Source of the DNA: Alphaproteobacteria bacterium
Lineage (GTDB): Bacteria > Pseudomonadota > Alphaproteobacteria > 16-39-46
Reading direction: 5' to 3'
DNA length: 64,000 bases
NCBI GenBank assembly: GCA_018401675.1
Contig: JAGYKM010000005.1
Coordinates: 26,720 to 90,719 of the forward strand
The position numbers and the translations under genes were made by a program. The notes beneath the pieces are model-generated. The model saw only the letters and a list, made by a program, of their open reading frames with translations, had not been told where the DNA came from and did not search any database. Of the stretch, positions 10,362 through 20,455 are shown piece by piece (position 1 is the stretch's first letter; every line of letters begins with the position of its first letter).

Positions 10362-11635
10362 TCTCCTTGAACTCTATCGAAATATTGACGCATTTTTCCA
10401 TACCGAACAGCATAAGTTTTTAGTAGGTTCTTTGCCCCATGCTTTTCTCGGGGAAGATCCCACTCCCAAAATCTGTGTTTCCAATCAGCAATTGCCGTAG
10501 GGTCTCCCATCTTAATAGAGGCTATCCGTCCGGGCAAACCCAGCTTCTGAATGTCCGCTGGCAGCTCATCGAACCAAGAATTAACTTCAGCCGCATAAAG
10601 ATAGCCACCACGCGGATCTTCTTGCTCGCAAGCCTCCAAATAACAAGAGATCCTCCCTAAAGCGCTTTCGACTGAGGTTTTATTCTTTAGATGAGCACCT
10701 ATACCATTTCCTGAAAGAATCGAATAATAGGGCAACCCCAATTTTCCTTTTTCATCAAAAATAGCTCTCTTTTCTTTTTCTTCACGTTCAGAGTCTACCC
10801 AATATCCCGATCTCTTACAAATTTCTTCACTCAAATCTACATAACGTGGATCAACATCCGATAAGAAAGTCCGCAGAACTTCTTTTTGCTCTTTAAGTTG
10901 CCCTCTCACTCTTTCATGAGCCTTTTCAAACCACTCCTGATTCTGCTCTGAAAGAGTAACCCGAGGAGGATATTTTTGGGGATTGATAGCATCCTCCCAT
11001 ACCGACCTAAAAGCGCCCAAAAATACGAGAGAAGCTATAGGATTTTTAAACCCTGATGAGGCTATGAGTCCGTAAAGCCCTCCTGTGCGCCTAAAGTAGT
11101 GATGACGTCCCACAAGAGTTCTGAGTTTCTCCACACAGGCCTTATACTCTTCATCCCATCGCTCATCTGGTATCCCGTTAAGAGGCATTAAGACATTCTT
11201 TAAAAGCTGCATATGAGGTTCATTCAATGCCACTTCTAAAAAAACCAAGCCCCTTAAATTCATTCCATAATCTTCAAGGGTTCCTGTATTCCATAACACG
11301 CCATTCTTACGCTCTGTGTGTTCGACATAAGTCACCCATTCTTCTTTCCACCTTTGAGGACTAAAGTCTGTTTCTTTGCAACTTCCATACAACAAGAGAA
11401 GCTTTTGGGCTGATGATTCTTTTATGGCTGCTTGGATTTCCTCTTGGTGACACCCAAAGTCAATTTTTTGACGCTTAGTATTCCTACCTTCTCTTTCCTC
11501 TTGATCTCTCTCATCACCCGTGGATTCAAACGGCTTCACCGCCCAAGATTCATGAACAATACCTAAAAAAAGAAGCGTAAACATAAATTTGAAGGTAAAA
11601 GCAAAACCTTGCTTCAAAAAAAAAGTTTCTCTCAT
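10358..11635 (-). CDS. Hypothetical secreted protein (orphan)
   Basis: 425-aa ORF with a hydrophobic N-terminal signal-like segment (FAFTFKFMFTLLFLGIVHESWA). I recognise no family motif. Its TGA overlaps the GTG start of the downstream MBL gene (GTGA), implying co-transcription. Confidence 0.6.
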   Translation of the reverse strand: MRETFFLKQGFAFTFKFMFTLLFLGIVHESWAVKPFESTGDERDQEEREGRNTKRQKIDFGCHQEEIQAAIKESSAQKLLLLYGSCKETDFSPQRWKEEWVTYVEHTERKNGVLWNTGTLEDYGMNLRGLVFLEVALNEPHMQLLKNVLMPLNGIPDERWDEEYKACVEKLRTLVGRHHYFRRTGGLYGLIASSGFKNPIASLVFLGAFRSVWEDAINPQKYPPRVTLSEQNQEWFEKAHERVRGQLKEQKEVLRTFLSDVDPRYVDLSEEICKRSGYWVDSEREEKEKRAIFDEKGKLGLPYYSILSGNGIGAHLKNKTSVESALGRISCYLEACEQEDPRGGYLYAAEVNSWFDELPADIQKLGLPGRIASIKMGDPTAIADWKHRFWEWDLPREKHGAKNLLKTYAVRYGKMRQYFDRVQGE

Positions 11636-12162
11636 ACTTTGCCTCCAAATCTAAGATAAATAGGGTTGATAATACGACGTCGTTAAAATATTTTTTAGTT
11701 AACTATTCAATAAATAACGTTTTCTTACTAGGAAAACACCTCGCTCCTTTTGTATTCTGTTTTTCCCTAAAAATCAAGTTCATCTAGTGTGAAGCGTCTT
11801 CATAATTAATTTACGATCGACGGAAATACGTCCTTAATACATTGAAATAATGGATTTTTGCGAGATACGACATCATGTTTTCTTGTTAAGGACTACAAAA
11901 TGAGGATTTTCCGATGGTCCAGAAGAGATATTCTGCTCAATCACAGATTTTTGAAAATCTTTTACGTCAAAATCTACTCATTTTTTAGGCACATCTGCGC
12001 AAAATCGGCCAAGAACCTGGCAGATTTGTCTGTCTGAAATTATGCTTTCATATACATTTTTAAAGAATAAATAATCCCTCAAATCAGAATATAGACCTAT
12101 TCTCAAGTTTTAGCATCTCATTTACGGTTTTTAAACGCTTCGCCTGCCCGTGTCCTTCCCAT

Positions 12163-14121
12163 CTAGAGGCTTCCTATATAGCGACCATACCAGGCTTGAT
12201 ACATAAGAATGCCCCATAAGGGATACGCGAAATTATGTTTTCTGGATTGATGTTGTTGCCATTTTTCTCGAATAAAGTGAGGGTCTTTCAAGCCTGAAGT
12301 CTCCAAAGCCTGGATGCTTAATAATGATTCACCCCACTCTCTCAATCCTTCTCGCAACCAACGATCAATAGGCAATCCAAACCCTTGCTTAGGGCGGTCG
12401 AAAAAAGATCTAGGCACATACCGCTCAAGAACTTGGCGTAAAATCCATTTTCCTACACCATTCTGGATTTTAAGGGCTGGTGGCAAGCTCAAGGCAAACT
12501 CTAAAAGACGGTGATCCAAAAGGGGCTCTCTGGCTTCCAACCCATGGGCCATACTCGCCCGATCCACTTTTACCAAAATATCGCTGGGTAAATACAACCC
12601 TAGATCAGCCCGCGTCATGGCTTCAGTGAAGTCAAAAGGCGCCTCAAAGGCATCTGAAAACGCTTGAGGACACTGAGCCACCACTCCAGAGAATCTTTCT
12701 ATCTCTTCGGGTTGCCAATGAATTAAGAGACTTTCATATACCTCTTGGAGCGATCCTTTTTTAAGAAGTAAGGACAGTTTGTGGAGCTTATGGGACAAAT
12801 GAGTGCCGAAGCCCAAAGAGCCTATAACTGACTCAAAAAACGGCCGGGACGCAAAAGCCAAAAGAGAGGATAAGCCCTTACGGGACGAGGGCGGAACGAA
12901 GTCCAATATTCTCTCAAGTTTAGAGGCCAGAAGGTATCGGGTGTACCCACCAAATAACTCGTCTCCCCCATCTCCTGACAAGCTCACCGTCACATGCTGT
13001 TTGGCCATACCTGCCACCAGAAAGGTAGGTATTTGAGAAGAATCAGCAAAAGGCTCATCAAAATATTCTGGTAAAGAAGGAATGATGTCTAACGCATCCG
13101 AGGGTGACATATAGTGCTCGTAGTGATCGGTCTTAAGAAGGCGCGCTATCTGGGCGGCAAAAGGGGCTTCATCGTAACTTGCCTCCTCAAAACCAATTGA
13201 AAACGTTTTAATGGGCATACTAGAGTGTTTTTGCATAAGAGCAACCACCAAAGAACTATCAATACCCCCCGATAAAAAGGCCCCTAGGGGCACGTCGGAA
13301 AGTTGCCTCATATCAATGGAACTTTGCAAAAGCGCTTCGCACGACTCTATTTGTTCAGACACAAAAGTAGGATCGGTCTGGAGGCTCTTCGACCGCTCAG
13401 ATTGCCCTTTAGCAGCCTTAGAAACTGCGTTTAGTGACCAATATTCTGAGATCTTTTCTGTCCCTTGAGCGGTAATGGTCACTATCCCCCCGGGCTTTAC
13501 CTTACCAATCCCTTGGTAAATACAGTAGTCTTCCGGAATATAATTATAGGCAAAAAAAGCACTTCTTGCATAAGGGTTTACCTTACCTTCCCAACTAGGG
13601 TGGGGACGGAAACTGCGTGGCTGTGAGCCAAAAAACCAAACCCCATTGATTTGACCGTAATACAATGGCTTTACCCCAAGGCGATCACGAGCCAAAGTTA
13701 TGGTTCGGTCTTCACTATCCCAAAGTGCAAAAGCAAACATCCCAATGCTTTTCTCCAGGGTTTTTTTAAGCCCCCAAATCTCAATACCCGCTAGAAGAAC
13801 CTCAGTATCTGAGGTACCTTTGAATTGTCCATCTTGTCTTATTAATTCTTCCCGGAGAGCAGGTGCATTATAAACTTCTCCGTTGTACACAAGCCAGTAT
13901 CGACCGGAGAAGGACCTCATGGGTTGAGCACCCAAAGGACTTAATTCTAAAATCGATAGCCGAACATGTCCTAACGCAACCCCCACAGAATCATCCGTCC
14001 AAAACCCCCTGCCATCTGGACCTCTAAAAGCAATCTCCTCAGCCATCTTCTCTATGATTGCTCGACTATCATAGGAGGGTCGAGATATCCTTTGGTCCCA
14101 AAACCCACTAAATCCACACAT
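12163..14121 (-). CDS. asnB: Asparagine synthase (glutamine-hydrolysing), AsnB family amidotransferase
   Basis: N-terminal MCGFSGF (Ntn catalytic Cys2), then GPDG, HVRLSILE and YNGEVYN. The synthetase-domain PP-loop reads FLSGGIDSS. 652 aa. Confidence 0.9.
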   Translation of the reverse strand: MCGFSGFWDQRISRPSYDSRAIIEKMAEEIAFRGPDGRGFWTDDSVGVALGHVRLSILELSPLGAQPMRSFSGRYWLVYNGEVYNAPALREELIRQDGQFKGTSDTEVLLAGIEIWGLKKTLEKSIGMFAFALWDSEDRTITLARDRLGVKPLYYGQINGVWFFGSQPRSFRPHPSWEGKVNPYARSAFFAYNYIPEDYCIYQGIGKVKPGGIVTITAQGTEKISEYWSLNAVSKAAKGQSERSKSLQTDPTFVSEQIESCEALLQSSIDMRQLSDVPLGAFLSGGIDSSLVVALMQKHSSMPIKTFSIGFEEASYDEAPFAAQIARLLKTDHYEHYMSPSDALDIIPSLPEYFDEPFADSSQIPTFLVAGMAKQHVTVSLSGDGGDELFGGYTRYLLASKLERILDFVPPSSRKGLSSLLAFASRPFFESVIGSLGFGTHLSHKLHKLSLLLKKGSLQEVYESLLIHWQPEEIERFSGVVAQCPQAFSDAFEAPFDFTEAMTRADLGLYLPSDILVKVDRASMAHGLEAREPLLDHRLLEFALSLPPALKIQNGVGKWILRQVLERYVPRSFFDRPKQGFGLPIDRWLREGLREWGESLLSIQALETSGLKDPHFIREKWQQHQSRKHNFAYPLWGILMYQAWYGRYIGSL

Positions 14122-14420
14122 TTGTACTTCTCACCTCTCGGTTGCATCAAACTTATCTTACCGCTTGCCTCGGATCTCTTAGATCACTTATAGATCTCTT
14201 AAATTTTGGAGCCACTATATACCCCCTCTGCGAAAATGTCTGCCCTCTTGATCTCCCCTCAATCAATCACTCGTTTAACCACTCTATAGCCTGAAAATTG
14301 TCTCTTGCTGGAAAAGTCTCTTGCTAGAAAATATGTACGTAACGCCCCTTATTGCCATGGACCCAAATATCCGCTAGGATTGAGATTGGTTTTAATGATA
14401 AAAAAAAGAAGTGTAATACC

Positions 14421-15680
14421 ATGATCTCAATCATCGAGTTCACTCGAAAGATACCTCTTCGATTTGGTATTACCCGAAGTTCTGATTTTTACTTGGTCTT
14501 AATCTGCTATTTTTTTGTCTGCTTATCGGGTGGTTTGTCCTCCACCTTTACAGAAATGGAGATGCACTCCTTGCATATCTTTTCGCCCCGACTTACTTCG
14601 GTGGCTTTTACCATGTGGACCATTGGTGGGCTCCTTCAATATCTTACTTATCCTTCTTTATCAAAATTTTTCTCTCTCAAATTTCTTGTACTCAGTTCTT
14701 TAGTTTTGGCCTCTTTAACAACAGGTCTATTTAGCTTATTTTTAAACACAGACATTAATTTTTTGCTCCAATTTTTAAGTGGGTTTACCATTTGCCTTTT
14801 TTTTAACGCTCTAAATTGTTATACATCTGTTCTGTATAATACTTCATCCAGAACCACACTGTTCGGCATTGTCACTATTATTTTTTCCCTATCCTACGCC
14901 TTGGGATCTAGCCTTCTTGATTTTATTTTAAACATAGATGCCGTATTTTTGATTTCCGCCTTCTTTCTTCTTATTCCTGTGGGCGCAGGGCTACTTCTCT
15001 CATATCCGCCACTTGTTGCTAAAGCTCCCTCCCCACTTGAAAAATCATCCTGGCTTAGTACCTGGAGCTATTTTCCTGTTCTTTTTATCTTAGCTCTTGT
15101 TTTAGGCATAGGATTTGGAGCACAAGATACCTATTTCCCTATCTATGCGGAAGGGCTAGGCCTTACTGAAGGGAGAGCCTCTGTTCTTTATGCCGTAACC
15201 CTTATTGGATCCATCCTTATCGTGCCAGTGGCTTCCTGGCGTGCCGATATAATCGGCTACCCTAAAGTCTTTCTTTGGCTCACGTTAGTAGGAATGGGGG
15301 CCACTCTTTGGGTCATCTTCACACATTCCTTGATAGCCATATCCATCCTCTACTTCCTTATTACAGGAATTCTTGCGGCCTATACAACATTAGCCATTGC
15401 CTGGGTAGCCAAAGCTTACGTGGGAAAAAACTCCTTATCCACCGCCATGAGTCTTCAAGGAATAATGAGTCAACTCGGAGGCGTTTTATCCCCCCTTGCC
15501 ATCGGCACCTTCATGTCAACATTCGGCAATAATGGCTATAACTGTTGGGTGCTCCTAGGCTTTATAGCCTGCCTCGTTCCTTTGGCCATAGTCTGGTATA
15601 CGAAAAAAAACTCTTTACAAGAAAAAAATGCTGCCCCTTCTGCTGTCCCTTTTTATGTTCCGTCAACGAAAGAAAACTAA
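14421..15680 (+). CDS. MFS transporter, paralog 1 of 3
   Basis: Profile of about 12 TM segments. The ATG at 14421 (MISIIEFTRKIPLRFGITRSSDFYLVL) aligns with the N-termini of the two downstream paralogs. Shared blocks are SDFY.VL, GLSSTFT, TDINFLL, R.TLFG and LSYALGSSL. Confidence 0.8.
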   Translation: MISIIEFTRKIPLRFGITRSSDFYLVLICYFFVCLSGGLSSTFTEMEMHSLHIFSPRLTSVAFTMWTIGGLLQYLTYPSLSKFFSLKFLVLSSLVLASLTTGLFSLFLNTDINFLLQFLSGFTICLFFNALNCYTSVLYNTSSRTTLFGIVTIIFSLSYALGSSLLDFILNIDAVFLISAFFLLIPVGAGLLLSYPPLVAKAPSPLEKSSWLSTWSYFPVLFILALVLGIGFGAQDTYFPIYAEGLGLTEGRASVLYAVTLIGSILIVPVASWRADIIGYPKVFLWLTLVGMGATLWVIFTHSLIAISILYFLITGILAAYTTLAIAWVAKAYVGKNSLSTAMSLQGIMSQLGGVLSPLAIGTFMSTFGNNGYNCWVLLGFIACLVPLAIVWYTKKNSLQEKNAAPSAVPFYVPSTKEN

Positions 15681-15800
15681 GCGGCGAAACCGTTCCCTTG
15701 CTTGAAACCTTTTCTCTTGGCGACTTCCTCTAGATTTTTGTAAGATTTGCCGTATACTTAAAAAATGGCACATCCTAATTAATAAATAAAAAGATATAGC

Positions 15801-17018
15801 ATGTTCAAACTCCTTCCTCTCTTAGAGTCCTTTCCAAAAAAGTTCGGAGTCTCTCGTATTAAAGACTTTTACCTAGTTCTCATCGCTTACGTTTTTTTTG
15901 CCATAGCCCGAAATCTCTATATAACATTTACTAATCTCGCTCTTCATGTCTCTGATTGCTTTGATACCACACTTACTTCCGTTAGCACCTCCACTGACTT
16001 ATTAGGATCCTTAGTGATTTTGCCTTTTTTTCCCCTTTTAGCTCGAAGATTTTCCTTTAGAATAATTCTCATTTCTTCATCAATCCTCCTGACTCTGTGC
16101 AGCGTTTTATTTATTTTCTTTCTGACCTCCAAGTTTAGTTTTGTACTTCGTTTTGGCATGGGACTTGCTGCCGGGTTATTTTATACAGCTATATCCTGTT
16201 ACTTTGCCATCCTCTTTGATGGGCCCCACAGGGCGCTCCTTTTTAGTTTTTCTTATATCATTTTGAATCTTTCTTTTTCCATAGGCGCCTCCCTTATGGC
16301 TTTGTTTCCTTCCGCTACGCCTGTCTATTGCATCACCGCTTTCTCTTTTGTCCTCACAATCCCCCTTCTTTCGACTTTATCCACATCTCCTTCTATGGCC
16401 AGCCCAGAAGGCCTTTCTAGAAAAGAAATGTCCAAGTTCTGGAGTGTTTTTACACTCATTCCTTCACTCTTTCTTTTCTCTTTCCTTACTGGGCTAATAT
16501 TCTTTTGGCAAGGACAATACTTCACCATCTTTTCGGTGGGTATTGGCCTTCTCGACAGTCAAGCCGGCTGGCTCTACTCTTTTTCTCTCTTGGGCACTGT
16601 TCTGGCCTTCCCTTTATCTTCCTTCTTTGCTGACTCCTATGGCTTCCGGATAGTTTTTTGTGTGCTGTGTCTTATAGGATCAGCTCTCTCCCTTCTATCC
16701 CTTCTGACCACGTCTCCTCTGCTCTTAGGCCTTCTCTTCTTTTTTATTACCCCCATCACCGCCACTTTAATTTGCCTCGTTACCCCTTGGGTGGCTCAAG
16801 TCTTTTCTACCCCTCATTCCCTCTCTGTAGCCATGAGTCTACGGTCCATATTTCTGCGCGTTGGCGGTCTTCTTTCTCCCTTATTGATAGGATTTTGTAT
16901 CGAAAAATACGGACCCTACAGCTTTGTATACCTTCTCAGTTTTGGTTTTTTTGTGGGAGCCCTGATTTTAGGGAGCTTTTGGCGCTTTTACCGCTCCCCT
17001 TCTAAAGCAACCTTATAA
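15801..17018 (+). CDS. MFS transporter, paralog 2 of 3
   Basis: 405-aa polytopic ORF collinear with the ORFs at 14421 and 17221. It is the most divergent of the three. Confidence 0.8.
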   Translation: MFKLLPLLESFPKKFGVSRIKDFYLVLIAYVFFAIARNLYITFTNLALHVSDCFDTTLTSVSTSTDLLGSLVILPFFPLLARRFSFRIILISSSILLTLCSVLFIFFLTSKFSFVLRFGMGLAAGLFYTAISCYFAILFDGPHRALLFSFSYIILNLSFSIGASLMALFPSATPVYCITAFSFVLTIPLLSTLSTSPSMASPEGLSRKEMSKFWSVFTLIPSLFLFSFLTGLIFFWQGQYFTIFSVGIGLLDSQAGWLYSFSLLGTVLAFPLSSFFADSYGFRIVFCVLCLIGSALSLLSLLTTSPLLLGLLFFFITPITATLICLVTPWVAQVFSTPHSLSVAMSLRSIFLRVGGLLSPLLIGFCIEKYGPYSFVYLLSFGFFVGALILGSFWRFYRSPSKATL

Positions 17019-17220
17019 TCTTTGAAATCTTATTTCTCAAAGCCTACGCTTCCTCTTTTTGCTGCTATGTGTTTACTAAGACAACGTCCACACTCCGGAG
17101 GCAACTCTTGTTTTTCATCTCGATAAAAGAACTCTCCCTCCTCCAATCTCTCTATTGATTTAGACACAACAATAAGTTACCTTTAGAGTGTCTTAAATCT
17201 TAATAAAGAAAATTAAAAAT

Positions 17221-18441
17221 ATGATTGTATTCTCTACCTTATTCTCTATTGGTCCCAAAAAACTAGGAATCAGTCGGATTTCTGATTTCTACTGCGTTCT
17301 TCTTGCTTTCTTTTGCGTAGGAGCTGCCAGTGGGTTGTCGAGCACATTTACCAATATTGAAGTTCATAATTTACGGATTTTTGATCCGACCTTAACCTCT
17401 GTAGATTTTACCGTTGGAGGGATAGGAGCTTTAATAATCTATTTTATATTTCCCAGTTTATCTAAATTTGCTTCGTTAAAAAAACTGATTCTCATTTCAC
17501 TCATCGGAACTACAGTCCTCACTTTGCTTTATATTCCTTTTCTAGAAACCGATATAAACTTTCTTTTGAGGTTCTCAAGAGGAGCAGCTCTAGGACTGTT
17601 TTATATAGCATTGGAATGTTACGTTTCCAGCCTTTTTAACACCCCTCACCGGGCCACTTTGTTTGGCCTCTCCTCCATTACTATAACCCTCTCATACGCC
17701 CTAGGCTCTAGCCTTATTTCTGCGATTTCCTCTATCTCTATCGTGTATATTATTTCAGCGATCCTTTTTGCAAGCGCTGCTGCGATCCTCCTGGTAATCT
17801 CCATGCCCCCAGAAAAGACCTCAGTGAAAAAAACTTCTAACTCTCAAGCCTTAGCATGGAAGAATGCCTTTTCCTTGGTACCCTTTATTTTTATTTTTTG
17901 TTTCCTGATAGGGATTGGCTTTTCAGGAGAAAGTACTTATTTTCCAATATTTGCAGAAGGTCTCGGTTTGATCGAAGGAAGAGCTGCTCTTTTATATTCC
18001 TTTTCCCTTTTGGGAGGAATTGTGATGATCCCCATTTCGTCCTACTTTGCCGATCATTTTGGGTACGAGAAGGTTCTTTTGTTACTATCAGCTCTTGGCA
18101 TTCTTATGTGTCTGTTTGTATCCTTTCTGCCTTCTCTACTTGCCGTTATCATTCTGTTTTTCTTCATAGTAGGCATCTTGAAAAGTTTCTCTAGCTTGTC
18201 CTTGGCCTGGGTTTCGGAAGTTTTTAATGGATCCGACCTCCTTTCTACCTCCATGAGTATACGGTCCATTGTTCATCAGCTAGGCGGGATCTGTTCCCCT
18301 CTCATCATCGGGTACTTCATGGCTACTTTGGGCAATACGGGATTCGTCTATTGGATGGTCATCGGGTTTTTACTATGTTTCATCGCTTTAGGCATTAAAG
18401 TATTCCTACCCAAACACTCCAGTAAAAAAACCAAATCTTAA
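17221..18441 (+). CDS. MFS transporter, paralog 3 of 3
   Basis: 406-aa polytopic ORF that aligns by eye with paralog 1 along its whole length at roughly 40-45% identity. Confidence 0.8.
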   Translation: MIVFSTLFSIGPKKLGISRISDFYCVLLAFFCVGAASGLSSTFTNIEVHNLRIFDPTLTSVDFTVGGIGALIIYFIFPSLSKFASLKKLILISLIGTTVLTLLYIPFLETDINFLLRFSRGAALGLFYIALECYVSSLFNTPHRATLFGLSSITITLSYALGSSLISAISSISIVYIISAILFASAAAILLVISMPPEKTSVKKTSNSQALAWKNAFSLVPFIFIFCFLIGIGFSGESTYFPIFAEGLGLIEGRAALLYSFSLLGGIVMIPISSYFADHFGYEKVLLLLSALGILMCLFVSFLPSLLAVIILFFFIVGILKSFSSLSLAWVSEVFNGSDLLSTSMSIRSIVHQLGGICSPLIIGYFMATLGNTGFVYWMVIGFLLCFIALGIKVFLPKHSSKKTKS

Positions 18442-18456
18442 CTTTGGACCTATTCT

Positions 18457-19185
18457 GTGATCCCTCTTTCTTGCCCCTCTCCTAATTTTGATGAGCGGCC
18501 TTCGCCAGGGCATATAGACTCCTTGATTATTCATTATACAGCTATGACCTCCGCCCCAGCAGCCATTTCTTGGCTTAGCAATCCCCTATCAAAAGTCAGC
18601 TCTCATTACCTCATATGTGAAAAAGGTGTGGTTTACCAACTGGTGCATGACTCAAAGCGCGCATGGCATGCGGGTGTCAGCGCTTGGAAAGGCGAAACGG
18701 CCTTGAATAATCATTCAATTGGAATCGAACTATCAAATCTGGGAGAAGGGCCTTTTGCTCACCCTCAAATTCGCGCATTAATCGATCTTAGCCAAACGCT
18801 GGTTCGTACATACGCGGTGAACCCAGCTCGTGTTTTAGGACACTCAGATATTTCCCCCCAACGCAAACGTGATCCAGGGCCTTATTTTCCATGGAATCGC
18901 CTTGCAAAACAAGGGTTGGGATTATGGGCCACCCGGACCAATCTTCCGCTTCGCAAGGGTTCTTGTTCTCTTGTCGCTTTGAAACAATCTCTTCTCGACT
19001 TAGGATATGACATCCCCGTCACGGACATTTTGGACGAACATACGCTTAATGTGGTCCGAGGTTTTATGGCCCATTTCCTTCCAGAAATTTACCTGAAACA
19101 TGCCTTGGCCGACCCTTTGAATAGCAAAATCCTGGAGTGCTATTTACCAGCTGTTTTCACTCTGGCTCAAAGACTCCTATCCTAG
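18457..19185 (+). CDS. ampD: N-acetylmuramoyl-L-alanine amidase (AmpD-like) with a C-terminal peptidoglycan-binding domain
   Basis: PSPNFDERP...IDSLIIHYTA...SSHYLI...AWHAGVSAW...NNHSIGIEL...GHSDISPQRKRDPGPYFPW is the Amidase_2/AmpD signature. The tail LKQSLLDLGYDIPVTDILDEHTLNVVRGF resembles a PG_binding_1 domain. Confidence 0.85.
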   Translation: MIPLSCPSPNFDERPSPGHIDSLIIHYTAMTSAPAAISWLSNPLSKVSSHYLICEKGVVYQLVHDSKRAWHAGVSAWKGETALNNHSIGIELSNLGEGPFAHPQIRALIDLSQTLVRTYAVNPARVLGHSDISPQRKRDPGPYFPWNRLAKQGLGLWATRTNLPLRKGSCSLVALKQSLLDLGYDIPVTDILDEHTLNVVRGFMAHFLPEIYLKHALADPLNSKILECYLPAVFTLAQRLLS

Positions 19186-19222
19186 ACCACGAGAATCGCT
19201 CTCTTCCCAAGTATTTTTTTGG

Positions 19223-20173
19223 TTAAAACCCATGTATCCACTGCAGCCCCTTATAAACCACCCGATCAAACCCTCTTAAAGAGGCCCTTTGGACTTGGTG
19301 AATAATGCTTTTGCTAATATCAGAAGCGCCAACTCGGCGATGATGCCAAGAAATCGTTTTTTCTTTTATAGGATGATGAAAAGATAAAAAAGTAACATGT
19401 TTTTTATACTTAGCCCCTAAAACGCCTAATAAGGACTGATCTTCCTGAGAACCTTGGAAGTTTGGATCATTAGGGGTAGAAGAGTACCCTTTGAGCAAAT
19501 CTTCATTTTCACACGCTTGCAACCATTCCTTGACGAATTTTCGCGCAAAAGGTGTGTTCCTTATAACAAGACTTGCCGCCATTACAGCGGATCCTTGATA
19601 AAAAGCCTCCTCCGGACAGGCTAATTTCTCTCGACTATATAATGTTGCACAGTGCGCTAACGTCCTTACTGGTCTTTCTTGATCTAAATCATCGGTTATG
19701 AGGATAAGGTCTTTATCACCCAATTGGGCTATTAATTCATCTACAGGGGATGATAGCACGTATCCTGAGTCTAGATACACCAAGACCCCATTCGGCGGCA
19801 TAGAATCAAGAGTTTTTAAGATGAAATAGGGCTTCCACAGCCAAAGACCCGCCCCTTTTTTTTCACTCAAAATGATTTTATTTTTCCTAAGAAAATCATT
19901 CTCCATATGAGATCTACGGTACAAAAAAATATGATCGATGCCACGATTGATAGCTGAAAGAGCCAAGGTGTTTTGGTTTTTCATAAAGATCTCGTCCCCA
20001 TCCGCGTAGCTGGCAAGATACACAGGCTCTTGGCATAAAGTCTTTTTAAATACCGGACTCAAAGATAAGTCCATGTCTTGAAAGTATCCCCCCCATCTAA
20101 TGAAAAGGAAGGCAAAACAACAAGCCAGAAGAACCACTACTGGAAAAAGAATCTTTGAAATCCGGGAGTACAT
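19223..20173 (-). CDS. Membrane-anchored hypothetical protein, possibly glycosyltransferase-like
   Basis: It has an N-terminal TM anchor. The KGAGLWLWKPYFILKTL...VLVYLDSGYV block resembles uncharacterised nucleotide-sugar-transferase-like families. The function call is weak. Confidence 0.5.
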   Translation of the reverse strand: MYSRISKILFPVVVLLACCFAFLFIRWGGYFQDMDLSLSPVFKKTLCQEPVYLASYADGDEIFMKNQNTLALSAINRGIDHIFLYRRSHMENDFLRKNKIILSEKKGAGLWLWKPYFILKTLDSMPPNGVLVYLDSGYVLSSPVDELIAQLGDKDLILITDDLDQERPVRTLAHCATLYSREKLACPEEAFYQGSAVMAASLVIRNTPFARKFVKEWLQACENEDLLKGYSSTPNDPNFQGSQEDQSLLGVLGAKYKKHVTFLSFHHPIKEKTISWHHRRVGASDISKSIIHQVQRASLRGFDRVVYKGLQWIHGF

Positions 20174-20455
20174 TTTACTTTTTTCCTAGAAACTGCCTGT
20201 TTACAAAGGAGAAAGAGGCATTTATGTCCACTATCTCTACCCAAATAAAGCGCCTATGCGTTAGTCGCATATAAACTTTAAAAAATCTATAGGCTTTCCT
20301 TTTTCCCCCTACCCTTCCCACAGATCCGGAACATCTCACAATTTTTCTTTACTCTCAAGAAAATACTCACCCAGTATCCGGTCCTTACCTTGCTTTTTAA
20401 GGTGCCCTCCCCTAAGATCAACGGGTAAGTTTTCTCTTTTTTGGTATATTGGTTA

